Below, in pieces: positions 40,632 through 50,826 of a stretch of DNA of 64,000 nt. This DNA is from a virus: positions 1 to 64,000 of IMG/VR virus record IMGVR_UViG_3300038620_000126; one strand, 5' to 3'. Within the stretch, counting starts at the first letter, position 1. Each line of letters starts with the position of its first letter. The notes beneath the pieces are model-generated. The model was not told where the DNA came from. It saw only the letters and a list, made by a program, of their open reading frames with translations, and made no database searches. The translations under genes were made by a program, and so were the position numbers.

Positions 40632-43600
40632 TTAAAAACTGTTATCCACTTCTTTTTAAATGTTACATCATCATTATAATTCGTATCAAAAATTCTAACT
40701 TCTACACTGTATTGTCCACTACGTTCAAATGTGTAGATAAAGTAATCTAAGTTGTTTACTTGAGCAATAAGCTCACCATTTAGTTCTTCATCAAACAGTT
40801 TCCAAATTATGTTGTGCCTCCCCGGTATTTTGCTTTTATCTGGAACCAATACTATTGGAGCCATAGTTGGTATAGAAATAGTGTTATCATAAAATCTAGT
40901 TTCGCCTAGATTAAATGAATTATCTAACGCTTTTGCAAATTCAAAACTTTCAAGATGGTCAACTCTTACATTCCAGTTCTGAATTTCAAAATCCAAACTT
41001 TCTATAGGTTCGTTTCCAAGTGAATTAAAACCCCTTATGTTAATGGGGCCTTTTAGTCCAATAAAGGCACTTCCTTTAGTTCCAGTATATCTAGCAACTG
41101 CATGAATGTAAGTTGATATATCCTCTTGACTTTTGGGTTCAGCTATAGGTCTCGCGGTGTATTCAAAATCTTTTATACCATCTGCTTGTGAGTCAGATAG
41201 TATTTTTGCAATGGTGGTATAGTCATTTTGTTTTACATTATAAACAGGGAAACCATTAAATGTATTTGAAGATCCATTATAGGCTTTGAACCGTCCATTG
41301 TTGTTAATGTAATATTTTTCGGGTATTGTATAAGGTTCTTTCCCACCGACTTGAATAGATGCACCACTGGAAATATTATCTACTTCAAATCCAGCGGCCG
41401 TTTCACCATGTATATCAAAATATTCAAAACTTACATGTTTTAAGTTGTTAATGGGTGCTCTAAAAAATTCATTAATTTCAAATCCAGTTCCAAAGTTTTC
41501 TGGTCTGTTTTCAATAGTATTTGAAAATATGTAATTAACTCCATTCAAACTTTCGGTTTGAATACTACTTGGAACTTCGCGATTTTCTGGATCTTGTAAT
41601 GGTTTATTTAGTGGTGAAAAAAGTTCTCTAATAGGATAATCATTATTTTTAATAGTATTGATTTCTGGTTTGAAAAATCTAGTAAATGCAAGAAAATCGG
41701 CTTGCTTTGATGAAACATCAATATAGTCATATTTTGTTTTATACGATGTTCCCCCATATCCATTAAACAGTTTTAATGTTACAGTATATTTTCCTTCATA
41801 CGGAAGTATAACCATATAATCTCTAAGATCGTAAATTGTGCCTCGCCTGCTAAATGAAAATGATTTGTTTGGTTCATTTGGAAATGTTTTTTCTACTATC
41901 CATTCCATTTCACGAAAACTACCAATACCAATATTTTCAATACTTGCAAGGTTGGAAAGTGGAAAACTACTATAAACTTCTACCAAACTGTTTTGATCTG
42001 GTTGAGTATCTATAAATATTGTTTCCTCATTTGGCCTTAGTCTAAATTCATATACTATATAGTCTCCACTAATTTGATTTCCATTTTCGTCTATAGCTGG
42101 ATCGGTTACTGGTGTAGTGGTTCTGTCATAAAGGTTAAAATACAGAACACTACCATTTACAAACCACCGTAAAACCGCAGGATCAGTATTGGGTTGAAAT
42201 AAAGAACTATTTTGATTACTAACATTTAGATCTTCCCATCCACCTGCAAACGGAGGTGCTCCAGAAGGCTGTGGAAATTCAATAAAAGCTTTTACAATAG
42301 TAAAGTTACCATTACTATCTTTGAAAGGTTTTGAAAAGTTAATTCCGGGTCTAAGGTTACCAAATGTTTCTGTAAGACTTTCTATGGGTGATGTTTCATT
42401 TTCAACAAGATCAGCAAGTTGAATAAAACTCATATCCAAATCTTTTATAGGAACTTCAAAAGTTGTATTTTTTAGTTTTAGTGGAAAACCGACAGGGATT
42501 CCTTTTTCATTTTGTAATTCAACTGACTCTTTGTTTATATTGTTATAAAATGCTATCCGATCATCTGAAACTCTACTTAACGGAAAATCAAAAATAGGTT
42601 TTTTTTCAATTAATTGTTCTTTGGAATTAACTTTTAGTATATAATTTGATGGTATTCCCTTAAATTTGTTAGAATAGCCATACTGACTTTTCAATAAATC
42701 TGAATTTGGTTCAATTAATTCAATAATATAGCCCTGCCCATCTTTTTCAATAACTTCTGGATATAGTGGTGAGAAAAATTCACTTTGCACGTAATCTTTA
42801 TACTCAAAATTTGTTCTAAACTTTAGGTTAGTCCATTCTGAAAGCGTTCCACTATAGTTTACTCTAACGCGAACTGTTAACCCCCTATCTGATGGAAGAT
42901 TAGAAATTGCAAACTTTGTTTGTGTAGAACTTCCTGATGCAACCACAAGTCCTTGATTATCTATAACTTCGTATTCATAATTTGTTACTGTATTAGCATG
43001 AGAATAATTTTTAAGTTTTAAAGTTAGTTTATAATTTGAGTTAGTTTCTATCAATTCAAATATTCTAAGATTTTGAATGGGTGGATTCGGATCATTTAGT
43101 ATTCCATCGTATAATAAAAGTGATGTAGGTGGTGATATAAAACTATTTTTTCCAGATCCGAATTCTGCTTTTAGTGTTACTTCATTGAATACAACACCAG
43201 ATTCTAAATTAACTTTAATTTTATTATTTGGATACAATTCTGTTTTACCTGATAGATTAGGTGTTGTATTAATCGTGTTAATACCTTCAAAAATTGGTCT
43301 TAAATCTTGAATATATCCATCAGTGCTTTCAGCATGAAACTCTGGATTAAGCGACTGATCAATTCTTGATACTCTATTGTTTGAAGTCCATTTTCTTTGA
43401 TTATAACTTGAAAAGTAAATTGCTTCACCAGTTATGTTAATTATTTGAGCATTTAATGGTAAAAACTGTTCCTGTAACTTTTCTCTAAGGCCATAAAGTT
43501 TTATGAGAACTTCCTCGTTTGTAAAGTCAAATGCTTCTTCTGTTTCTGGAAGACCGAACCGAGTAAATTCACCATCCACAACTCTATTAATATCATAAAA

Positions 43601-44914
43601 TAAACCAAATTTTGAAGTTTTTTTATATTTACTGTTTGGTAAAAAGTTGAAGTTTTCAAAATCTAGTCTTTCATTCAGTACAATATCTTGAATAAGAAAC
43701 TTTTTATAATTTTCATCCTGCATATCCACGTTTAACCAGTACTCTTTAAGGGATAAAGATTCATTATAACCAAAAAAGTTTATTGCATTTAGAACACCTC
43801 TATAACTACCTAAGTATGAATAAATGTTTTCAAATTCAAGCATTAACTCCTTTCTTTTCTGGTTAATAAGTTCATAGTCTGGCTTTGATTCCCAAACATC
43901 TGCATCGCGAAATATATAAGATTCATCTTGAGGTAGTTCTTTTCCAAAATTACTTAAAAGTGTTTTAAGTCTTTCATCTTCATCTACAGTTTGACAGTAT
44001 ACATCAATTTCAGCAATTCGTTTTCCATTATTTTGGTCTTCTATAACTAATGTTCTTGAAAACTCATTTTCAACTTCTGAAGTAAATCCTAAGTTAATTT
44101 GAAGTGGTTGTGTTCTTAAATTACTTATGCTTTTTATTACTTCATTGGAACCACATTCATCATTATAAACAAATTGTAAATTCCAATTTGGATCATAATC
44201 TAATTCATAATCCACTTCTTGAAATTTTGAAATTATCGGACCAACACCAGCCTGTTCAACACATTGTATATTTTCCGTGGTCGGTGTAACATCTAAAATG
44301 GGGTTCAATTGTTCGGATGTTATATCATAGAAAAAGAAGTTATCTTTATTTTCTTCTTCAAGGAAATAAACTTTTATCATTTGAGTTGTATGGCAATTAT
44401 GAATGTGAGGATACCCCCAATCAAACTGTTCATTAATGTCAACAAAGTTTGGGTTATCAACAATTCTTGGATTTTGAACAATATCAACACTTACATTGCC
44501 ATTTGTACAAGCTTTAAGTTTAAAGGTTCCATTTGAAATATCATTTAGTGTTTTTCCAAATGGTATATGAAATTCATCTGCAATAATTACAAAACGATTA
44601 TCATTACGAATAACATTAGCAGCTAGATTAAATTCTTGTGATATACGTTCACGAACTTTTTTTAGATAATCTGTAAAGGATTCACCCGCCTGCCAAAGCA
44701 CACCTTCATTTGGACCAATAGATGGACATGGCATTCCCTCAGGAACTAATGTAAAACCCGTGTTTACTTGACTGGGAAAATTGCCTATTGGATCTACTTG
44801 TATTGTAAATGAATAGTATCTTTTTCCACTTGTGCTACTTGGAGTATAAACAATTTGTTGATCTAAACATACCTCTATATTGTCAGTATGTAATAATTGA
44901 AATTCGTTTGCCAA
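40628..44914 (-). CDS. Large baseplate wedge-like structural protein with FN3/PKD-like domains
   Basis: IYSYLGSYRG..NAINFFGY wedge-like segment; G.Y.V.L/V PKD-like motifs; late motif at 44923. Confidence 0.55.
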   Translation of the reverse strand: MANEFQLLHTDNIEVCLDQQIVYTPSSTSGKRYYSFTIQVDPIGNFPSQVNTGFTLVPEGMPCPSIGPNEGVLWQAGESFTDYLKKVRERISQEFNLAANVIRNDNRFVIIADEFHIPFGKTLNDISNGTFKLKACTNGNVSVDIVQNPRIVDNPNFVDINEQFDWGYPHIHNCHTTQMIKVYFLEEENKDNFFFYDITSEQLNPILDVTPTTENIQCVEQAGVGPIISKFQEVDYELDYDPNWNLQFVYNDECGSNEVIKSISNLRTQPLQINLGFTSEVENEFSRTLVIEDQNNGKRIAEIDVYCQTVDEDERLKTLLSNFGKELPQDESYIFRDADVWESKPDYELINQKRKELMLEFENIYSYLGSYRGVLNAINFFGYNESLSLKEYWLNVDMQDENYKKFLIQDIVLNERLDFENFNFLPNSKYKKTSKFGLFYDINRVVDGEFTRFGLPETEEAFDFTNEEVLIKLYGLREKLQEQFLPLNAQIINITGEAIYFSSYNQRKWTSNNRVSRIDQSLNPEFHAESTDGYIQDLRPIFEGINTINTTPNLSGKTELYPNNKIKVNLESGVVFNEVTLKAEFGSGKNSFISPPTSLLLYDGILNDPNPPIQNLRIFELIETNSNYKLTLKLKNYSHANTVTNYEYEVIDNQGLVVASGSSTQTKFAISNLPSDRGLTVRVRVNYSGTLSEWTNLKFRTNFEYKDYVQSEFFSPLYPEVIEKDGQGYIIELIEPNSDLLKSQYGYSNKFKGIPSNYILKVNSKEQLIEKKPIFDFPLSRVSDDRIAFYNNINKESVELQNEKGIPVGFPLKLKNTTFEVPIKDLDMSFIQLADLVENETSPIESLTETFGNLRPGINFSKPFKDSNGNFTIVKAFIEFPQPSGAPPFAGGWEDLNVSNQNSSLFQPNTDPAVLRWFVNGSVLYFNLYDRTTTPVTDPAIDENGNQISGDYIVYEFRLRPNEETIFIDTQPDQNSLVEVYSSFPLSNLASIENIGIGSFREMEWIVEKTFPNEPNKSFSFSRRGTIYDLRDYMVILPYEGKYTVTLKLFNGYGGTSYKTKYDYIDVSSKQADFLAFTRFFKPEINTIKNNDYPIRELFSPLNKPLQDPENREVPSSIQTESLNGVNYIFSNTIENRPENFGTGFEINEFFRAPINNLKHVSFEYFDIHGETAAGFEVDNISSGASIQVGGKEPYTIPEKYYINNNGRFKAYNGSSNTFNGFPVYNVKQNDYTTIAKILSDSQADGIKDFEYTARPIAEPKSQEDISTYIHAVARYTGTKGSAFIGLKGPINIRGFNSLGNEPIESLDFEIQNWNVRVDHLESFEFAKALDNSFNLGETRFYDNTISIPTMAPIVLVPDKSKIPGRHNIIWKLFDEELNGELIAQVNNLDYFIYTFERSGQYSVEVRIFDTNYNDDVTFKKKWITVFN

Positions 44915-45000
44915 TTTTTTTATATTTATTCAAATAAAAACTTTACTATATTCTTAAACCAAAACTACCATTAATACGCTTTAAATATTCATCAACTTTA

Positions 45001-46365
45001 TTAAACTATTACTCTACCTTCAACATCAGAAACAGCTTTAACATCTTCTTTTGTGAAATCTTTTTTATTTTCATCACAAATAAAATCACCCCCAACTTTT
45101 TCAGGAGCACCTTCAAGGGATGTTAAATTATTACCAAAACAATCAAAATCACCCCCAACTTTTTCAGGGGCACCTTTAAGAGATGTTAGACTATTACCAA
45201 GACAATTAAATTCACCCCCAACCTTTTTAGGTGCATCTTCAAGGGATGCTAAATTGTTATGGGAACAATCAAAATCACCCCCAACTTCTTCAGGTGCACC
45301 TTCAAGTGTTGTTAATTTATTACCAGAACAATCAAAATTACCACTAATATATTTAAGCCTGTAATTGTTTATAATTTTTTTATAATTTTTAGGGTTGAAC
45401 TTTAAATTTACATTACCTTTAATGTTAACTATATTTCCATCTATTTCAAATGTCCCATCAACAACATAATTTAATGTTTCTTTTGGGCTTGAAGAGAAGC
45501 TATTTATATCATAAGATTTAAATTTATCAATAACATCTTTCTTAAAAAATACGGCTTGTTCAGGTTCATTGGGATGAATAAACCAGTCTTCACCTTTATC
45601 AATAAAACCTTCAATATCCAAGTCCAAGTAAATTTTTGTTTTAAATTGTATACTTTTATCTTCTCGTAAAGCTAAATCAACATAGTTATTTACAAAAAAC
45701 CAAAGTGTTTCAACCGTTGGTTGATAATTTTTAGTATTACGCATTATAGTATGACTTAATTCATTCCATTTTGCTGAATATTTTCTGGAATATGTTAAAC
45801 TATTTAAATTAGTTTTCATTTTTTTAAAACTTTCTTTTCTTTCTGATTTATTATTTGATTTCATAGCTTTTATATAGTTAAACAATAAATCGAAAGCATC
45901 TTGTGGAAGATTATTTTTTAATTTCTTGTTAGACTTACAAATTTTGTAGAACTTTTCAATATGTTTAAGAACTTCAGAATCATGAGTTAAAATTTTACCT
46001 TTTTGAATTTTGTTTTCTTTAATTTTAAATAAGTGAATTACATTAGACATATTAGGAATAAAAGGATAAAATCGTTCTAATCTTTCTTTAATTTTTTCAT
46101 TAGGAGTACTATTTGTAAAACCTGCTGTTATCCTATTATAATCTTCTTTGTTAAAAGGGTAAGCATAATATCCAGCGGGTGTATTATAACCAGTAAAAGG
46201 ATTTATAAATGTTACAGTATTTTTCCGTCGAAATGAAATAAACCAATTATCTAAACTGTCATTTCCAATAGTATTTTTAATAAATTCAACAATGTTTATA
46301 TCTCTATTGACTTCAGGGTTTCTTCGCTTTTCCGTTAAGTAATTTTGAAAAGACTTTAAACGCAT
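45001..46365 (-). CDS. CTS-tagged protein: possible ART-like N-domain plus 22-aa LRR-like repeats
   Basis: LKSFQNYLTE; GYYAYP...EGFID.G..IHPNEPEQAVFF; about 4 x LTSLEGAPxxVGGDFxC. Confidence 0.75.
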   Translation of the reverse strand: MRLKSFQNYLTEKRRNPEVNRDINIVEFIKNTIGNDSLDNWFISFRRKNTVTFINPFTGYNTPAGYYAYPFNKEDYNRITAGFTNSTPNEKIKERLERFYPFIPNMSNVIHLFKIKENKIQKGKILTHDSEVLKHIEKFYKICKSNKKLKNNLPQDAFDLLFNYIKAMKSNNKSERKESFKKMKTNLNSLTYSRKYSAKWNELSHTIMRNTKNYQPTVETLWFFVNNYVDLALREDKSIQFKTKIYLDLDIEGFIDKGEDWFIHPNEPEQAVFFKKDVIDKFKSYDINSFSSSPKETLNYVVDGTFEIDGNIVNIKGNVNLKFNPKNYKKIINNYRLKYISGNFDCSGNKLTTLEGAPEEVGGDFDCSHNNLASLEDAPKKVGGEFNCLGNSLTSLKGAPEKVGGDFDCFGNNLTSLEGAPEKVGGDFICDENKKDFTKEDVKAVSDVEGRVIV

Positions 46366-46377
46366 TTTTAATTTTTT

Positions 46378-46650
46378 TTATTTATTTAAGTTATATTCTT
46401 TTATTACATTTTTAGTATCATAGTTAACATTATTAAAAATCTTATTGTCATCTAAATCAAAAGCTTTAAGTTTTCCTTTTATATTATAACCGAATTGTTC
46501 TGAATGGGCATTTCTACCTGAACCCCCACGCCTCAAAAAAGTTAATTCTTTTTTATTGAGATTCATTTGTGATTTTAACCAATCAAGAAAAGGTTTATAA
46601 TCTGTTTTCTTTTTTGATTTTACATAATCTTTGAATTTTTCTAGTTCCAT
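46378..46650 (-). CDS. Hypothetical protein (weak CTS-like LEKFKDYV)
   Basis: 90 aa between the two paralogs. Confidence 0.55.
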   Translation of the reverse strand: MELEKFKDYVKSKKKTDYKPFLDWLKSQMNLNKKELTFLRRGGSGRNAHSEQFGYNIKGKLKAFDLDDNKIFNNVNYDTKNVIKEYNLNK

Positions 46651-46664
46651 TAAACTGATTTTTA

Positions 46665-48326
46665 TTAAGTGTCAATAAATCCACTAACATCTATAACATT
46701 TTTAATTTCTTCTACTGTAAATTCTTTTTTATTATCCATGATCATAAAACCACGGACCTTTTCGGGTGCGCCTTTAAGAGATGTTAAGTTATTATGAGAA
46801 CAATCAAACACCTTTTCAACTTCTTTGGGGGCACCTTCAAGAGATGTTAATTGATTATTAGAACAATCAAAACCTTTTCTGATATAATTAGGAGCACCTT
46901 CAAGTGTTTTTAATTTATTATCAGAACAATTATAGTCACCTCCAAAGTTAAATCCTTTTTGCTCAAATCCAACTTCCTTCGGCCCCCCCTTTAAACTTGT
47001 TAATTTATTATCAGAACATACAAAATTTCCAATAATTTTTTGGGGACAACTTTCTAAAGATTTTAGTTTATTATTAGTACAGTCAAGATCACCACCTATT
47101 TCATTTGGTAAACCTTTTAATGTTTTTAGATCATTAGATTTACATTTTACATTTGTCTTTACAGTTGAAATGCCTTCTAATGTTTTGAGTTCGTTTAAGT
47201 TACATACAAATTCACCATCAACTTTTTTGGGGCATCCTTCTAAAGATTTTAATTTATTATTAGAGCAGTCAAATTTTCTTCCTACATATTCAGGAATTCC
47301 AATTCTTAGAAGAGATGTAATACCGATTGCTTTACAAATAAAACTTCCAGTAACATTACCAAATTTATACTTTTCTGTAATTCTATAAAAATCTGCTTTA
47401 CTATTAAAAAATACATCTCCATCAACATTAATTACATTGTTTTCTTTTATTTCATATCTTCCACGTATTACTTTATTAAGTAAGTTGTTTATGTTACCCA
47501 CAAAATCTATTATGTCGTAGGAATAAAGATTTTCAATAACATCTCTAGTAAAAAATATAGCCTGTTCGGGTTCATTGGGATGAATAAACCAGTCTTCACC
47601 TCTATCAATAAAACCTTCAATACCTAAATCCAAATAAATTTTTGTTTTAAGCTGCGCTCCACCAGTTTTCACTAAGTCAACATAATTATTTATAAAAAAC
47701 CAAAGCATTGAAACCTTTTTCTGTTTTTTAATAACAAGTTTTAACTTACTCCACATTTGATCCATTTCATAATCATTTGGTTTTATATTTTCAATTAATT
47801 CACTGACTTTATTATAGTCTTTTTCTTGATTCACAACAACTTCTAACAAGTCAAAAGCAGCCTGCGGAAGGTTATCTTTTAATATTTTCTTTGTTTTACA
47901 AATTTTATAGAATTCTTTAATATGTTTAAAAGCTTTTGAATTTCTTGTTAATATTTTTCCACTTTTAACTTTTTCTTGTTTGATCTTGAATAGATGAATT
48001 ATGTTAGAACCCCTTGGAAAAAATGGGTAAATATCTTTTATTTTAGTTTTAACTGAACTGTTATCGCTACTTTCATCATATTTACTTAGTAATTCATTAT
48101 AGTCTTCTTTATTAAATGGATATGCATAATATCCAGCAGGAGTATTATATTCGGTAAAAGGGTTTACAAATGTTACAGTATCTTTTTGTCGAAATGAAAT
48201 AAACCAATTATCCAAACTATCATTTCCAATAGTATTTTTAATAAACTCAATTATGTTTATATCTCTATTAACTTCAGGGTTTCTTCGTTTTTCTGTTAAG
48301 TATTCATAAAAATTTAATAACTTCAT
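46665..48326 (-). CDS. Paralog of 45001..46365 with about 9 LRR-like repeats
   Basis: Near-identical first 75 aa; repeated LxSLEGxPxxVxxxFxCSxN. Confidence 0.75.
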   Translation of the reverse strand: MKLLNFYEYLTEKRRNPEVNRDINIIEFIKNTIGNDSLDNWFISFRQKDTVTFVNPFTEYNTPAGYYAYPFNKEDYNELLSKYDESSDNSSVKTKIKDIYPFFPRGSNIIHLFKIKQEKVKSGKILTRNSKAFKHIKEFYKICKTKKILKDNLPQAAFDLLEVVVNQEKDYNKVSELIENIKPNDYEMDQMWSKLKLVIKKQKKVSMLWFFINNYVDLVKTGGAQLKTKIYLDLGIEGFIDRGEDWFIHPNEPEQAIFFTRDVIENLYSYDIIDFVGNINNLLNKVIRGRYEIKENNVINVDGDVFFNSKADFYRITEKYKFGNVTGSFICKAIGITSLLRIGIPEYVGRKFDCSNNKLKSLEGCPKKVDGEFVCNLNELKTLEGISTVKTNVKCKSNDLKTLKGLPNEIGGDLDCTNNKLKSLESCPQKIIGNFVCSDNKLTSLKGGPKEVGFEQKGFNFGGDYNCSDNKLKTLEGAPNYIRKGFDCSNNQLTSLEGAPKEVEKVFDCSHNNLTSLKGAPEKVRGFMIMDNKKEFTVEEIKNVIDVSGFIDT

Positions 48327-48370
48327 TAAACAAACTTTTTAACTATTTATTTAGTAATTGCATTTTTAGT

Positions 48371-49930
48371 TTAGTTGTTAGTCATTTTCCACTTAATTTT
48401 ATCAGTACTATAAATTTTTTCATATCCCATTTTTTTCATGATTTCAGATTCTGTATTATTACTTACAAAACTTTGATCTAGCTTAAATTTTTGTTGTATT
48501 CTTTTTTTAGAAAATGCAGATTTATGAATACGTTTATCACTTTTATAATATGAATAATCTGGTTTAGTTTCATACACTTTTTGAAAACCTAACTTTTGAT
48601 ACATATCTCCTGTAAACATTGAACTATCAGAAAAACTAATAATTTTTTCTGGATTATAATTTTTAACAAAATAATTAAATAGCTTACTAGAACCACCAAT
48701 AACATTTGTGTTAAGAATCGTAGCATATCGAGTAAGTTCCCAAACATCTTCTTTGTTTTTTGATGTTGATATATTTCTAGTTCTTTTGCTAAAACTCATA
48801 CAAGCTACCAGTCTTGTTTTATAATAAAGACCAAAATTTAATTCATAAAAAGAATTTAAACCTTGAATGTGATTTAATTTATAAAACTTTTTGATTTCTT
48901 TTGGATTGACTTTTAACACACTACATTTTCTAGCATATACTTTATTTTCGGTTTTACCAATTGCATTTTTTATAAGCGACTTTACTATATCTGTTTTGTA
49001 TTGCCAGTCATCTTCCCATACATGTATTAACCTGTATCCAGCTTTTTTGCAAAGATCTGTTTTTCTTTTATGGTAATATTTGTCATTTAAAAACTTATGT
49101 GAATGATAGTATAATCCATTGAATTCAATTGCTAATTTATAATTTGGTATTACAATATCAAGTTCATAAGGACTGATAAGTTTTTTATCATTAAAAAGTA
49201 ATTCATTATAATTTATTAAAGAAGTAATATAATTTTTTAGTTGCATTTCGCCCTTAGAAGTATATCTTTGACGTTTGTTATAACAAAGTGGAACACCATC
49301 ATTTAACAACTTATTAACTTGATTTTTATTAATAGAAAATTGATTCTGTGTGCAACTACAATCATGACACTTTAATGTAATAGAGTTGGATTCATTTTTT
49401 AAAATTTTATAATTATCTTTTAATTTTTCATAATTATTTTTTACCCATTCACTTAACACTTTTTCTTTTATATACTTTGATTGAGATGGTACTTTTGTGC
49501 CATATTTTTTAAGATTTGTGTTTTCTCTTTTTGCTTTAATTTCTTCAATTTGGTTGGGATTCTTAACTCCATACTTTTTAAGCAGTGTGTTTTCTTTAGA
49601 TTCTTTAACCGAATTGTCTTGAGAAATATTAGTAACATTATAACGATTTTGATTTGTTGCTTCTCTTTTTTTGTTTGTTATATTCTTTCCTTTTTTACGG
49701 CAATCTGAACTGCAAAATTCAGCAAATTTCTTTTTTTCGTTTATCCACTTTGTTTTTAATCCACACCATTTACATGTTGGTAAAGACTTTAATCCGTTTT
49801 TATACAAATAAAACTTTTGTGAAGTTGTTAAATCTTCAGATTTTTCTACATCACTAAAGTAATCTTTTGTATTATCTTCAAAGTATTGTCTATGCTTTTT
49901 ATATCTAAAATCCAGATTATCCATTTTCAT
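48371..49930 (-). CDS. Free-standing Hef/Vsr-like homing endonuclease
   Basis: Zn-finger CxxC...CSxxC, KKYG..N repeats, SKGE...ELDI.IP..KLAIEFNG.Y.H...IHVWEDDW, and WELTRYA...GG.SKL. Confidence 0.8.
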   Translation of the reverse strand: MKMDNLDFRYKKHRQYFEDNTKDYFSDVEKSEDLTTSQKFYLYKNGLKSLPTCKWCGLKTKWINEKKKFAEFCSSDCRKKGKNITNKKREATNQNRYNVTNISQDNSVKESKENTLLKKYGVKNPNQIEEIKAKRENTNLKKYGTKVPSQSKYIKEKVLSEWVKNNYEKLKDNYKILKNESNSITLKCHDCSCTQNQFSINKNQVNKLLNDGVPLCYNKRQRYTSKGEMQLKNYITSLINYNELLFNDKKLISPYELDIVIPNYKLAIEFNGLYYHSHKFLNDKYYHKRKTDLCKKAGYRLIHVWEDDWQYKTDIVKSLIKNAIGKTENKVYARKCSVLKVNPKEIKKFYKLNHIQGLNSFYELNFGLYYKTRLVACMSFSKRTRNISTSKNKEDVWELTRYATILNTNVIGGSSKLFNYFVKNYNPEKIISFSDSSMFTGDMYQKLGFQKVYETKPDYSYYKSDKRIHKSAFSKKRIQQKFKLDQSFVSNNTESEIMKKMGYEKIYSTDKIKWKMTNN

Positions 49931-50076
49931 ATGTTTTTGTATTTATTTGACCTTTGACGTTAAAGATAATAAAAAGAAAAGTATTTTACAAAAGTTTAAA
50001 AATAAAAAACCCGTTCAACAATAAAACTAAACTGGTTTTTAGGTTTAGTGGTGGTTAGATTAGAGGAAATCAACAC
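49923..50076. repeat. 154-bp direct repeat, copy 1 (degenerate copy of capsid 3' end + terminator + promoter)
   Basis: Matches 50673..50826 with 8 mismatches by manual count. Confidence 0.9.
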
Positions 50077-50155
50077 TAGTGCTAGGCAATTTGAAAATTT
50101 GAACGATCTTAGAAAGGCTATTAACAATTTTTCTATTACTTTTATTTTAATTTGT

Positions 50156-50186
50156 TTGACAATTTACAACCATTTCTGTATATTTG
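50156..50186 (+). promoter_or_regulatory. Early promoter TTGACA-N17-TATATTTG
   Basis: Exact motif. Confidence 0.8.
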
Positions 50187-50279
50187 AAGTTTAAATCACT
50201 TAAAACTTATTTAAGTGGTGGTCGCTATTTTTTAATTTCAAAATTATTTTCAATTATGTAAAATCGAGTGAGAACAACT

Positions 50280-50670
50280 ATGAAGTACAACGCAAAGAAT
50301 ATTCTAGAAAAAATTAAAATCTTTTATTATAAATTAAAGGAGTGCTGGTTCATTTTGAAACAGCCTTATGAAGAAGAAAATCAACCTGAAGAACCAGACG
50401 TTATTGATTGGTTAGAAGTAATTGATAATCATATAGATTGTGCAAGACACCATACAATGCAAGCAAAACAAAAAAATAGAAGCGCTAGAAAACTTACATA
50501 ATAATAATGTAGTAAAAATATATCTATATAAACTATATGGTAAACGTCTAACTGATATAGCGACAAATCTTTATGATCCAGCATATACTACACTTGATAA
50601 AAACAATTCGGAGTTAATTGAAATAAAAAATCAACAATTTGACGCACAAAAGAAAGAACAAAACTATTGA
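50280..50670 (+). pseudogene. Early gene frameshifted at an A7 run (50470-50476)
   Basis: Removing one A joins ...MQAKQK to IEALENLH... into one ORF of about 130 aa. Confidence 0.55.
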
Positions 50671-50672
50671 CA

Positions 50673-50826
50673 ATTTTCATATGTTTTTGTATTTATTTAA
50701 CCTTTGACGTTAAAGATAATAAAAAGAAAAGTATTTTACAAAAGTTTAAAAATAAAAAACCCGTTCAACGATAAAGCTGAACGGGTTTTTAAGTTTAGTG
50801 ATGGTTAGATTAAAGGAAATCAACAC
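50673..50826. repeat. 154-bp direct repeat, copy 2
   Basis: Includes the last codons of the major capsid gene. Confidence 0.9.
50754..50790. terminator. Major capsid gene terminator (bidirectional)
   Basis: AAAAACCCGTTCA/TGAACGGGTTTTT. Confidence 0.85.

Noticed and set aside
50280-50501. Candidate for the missing intein N-fragment
   Set aside because: No terminase RQxGK-C or intein block A sequence.
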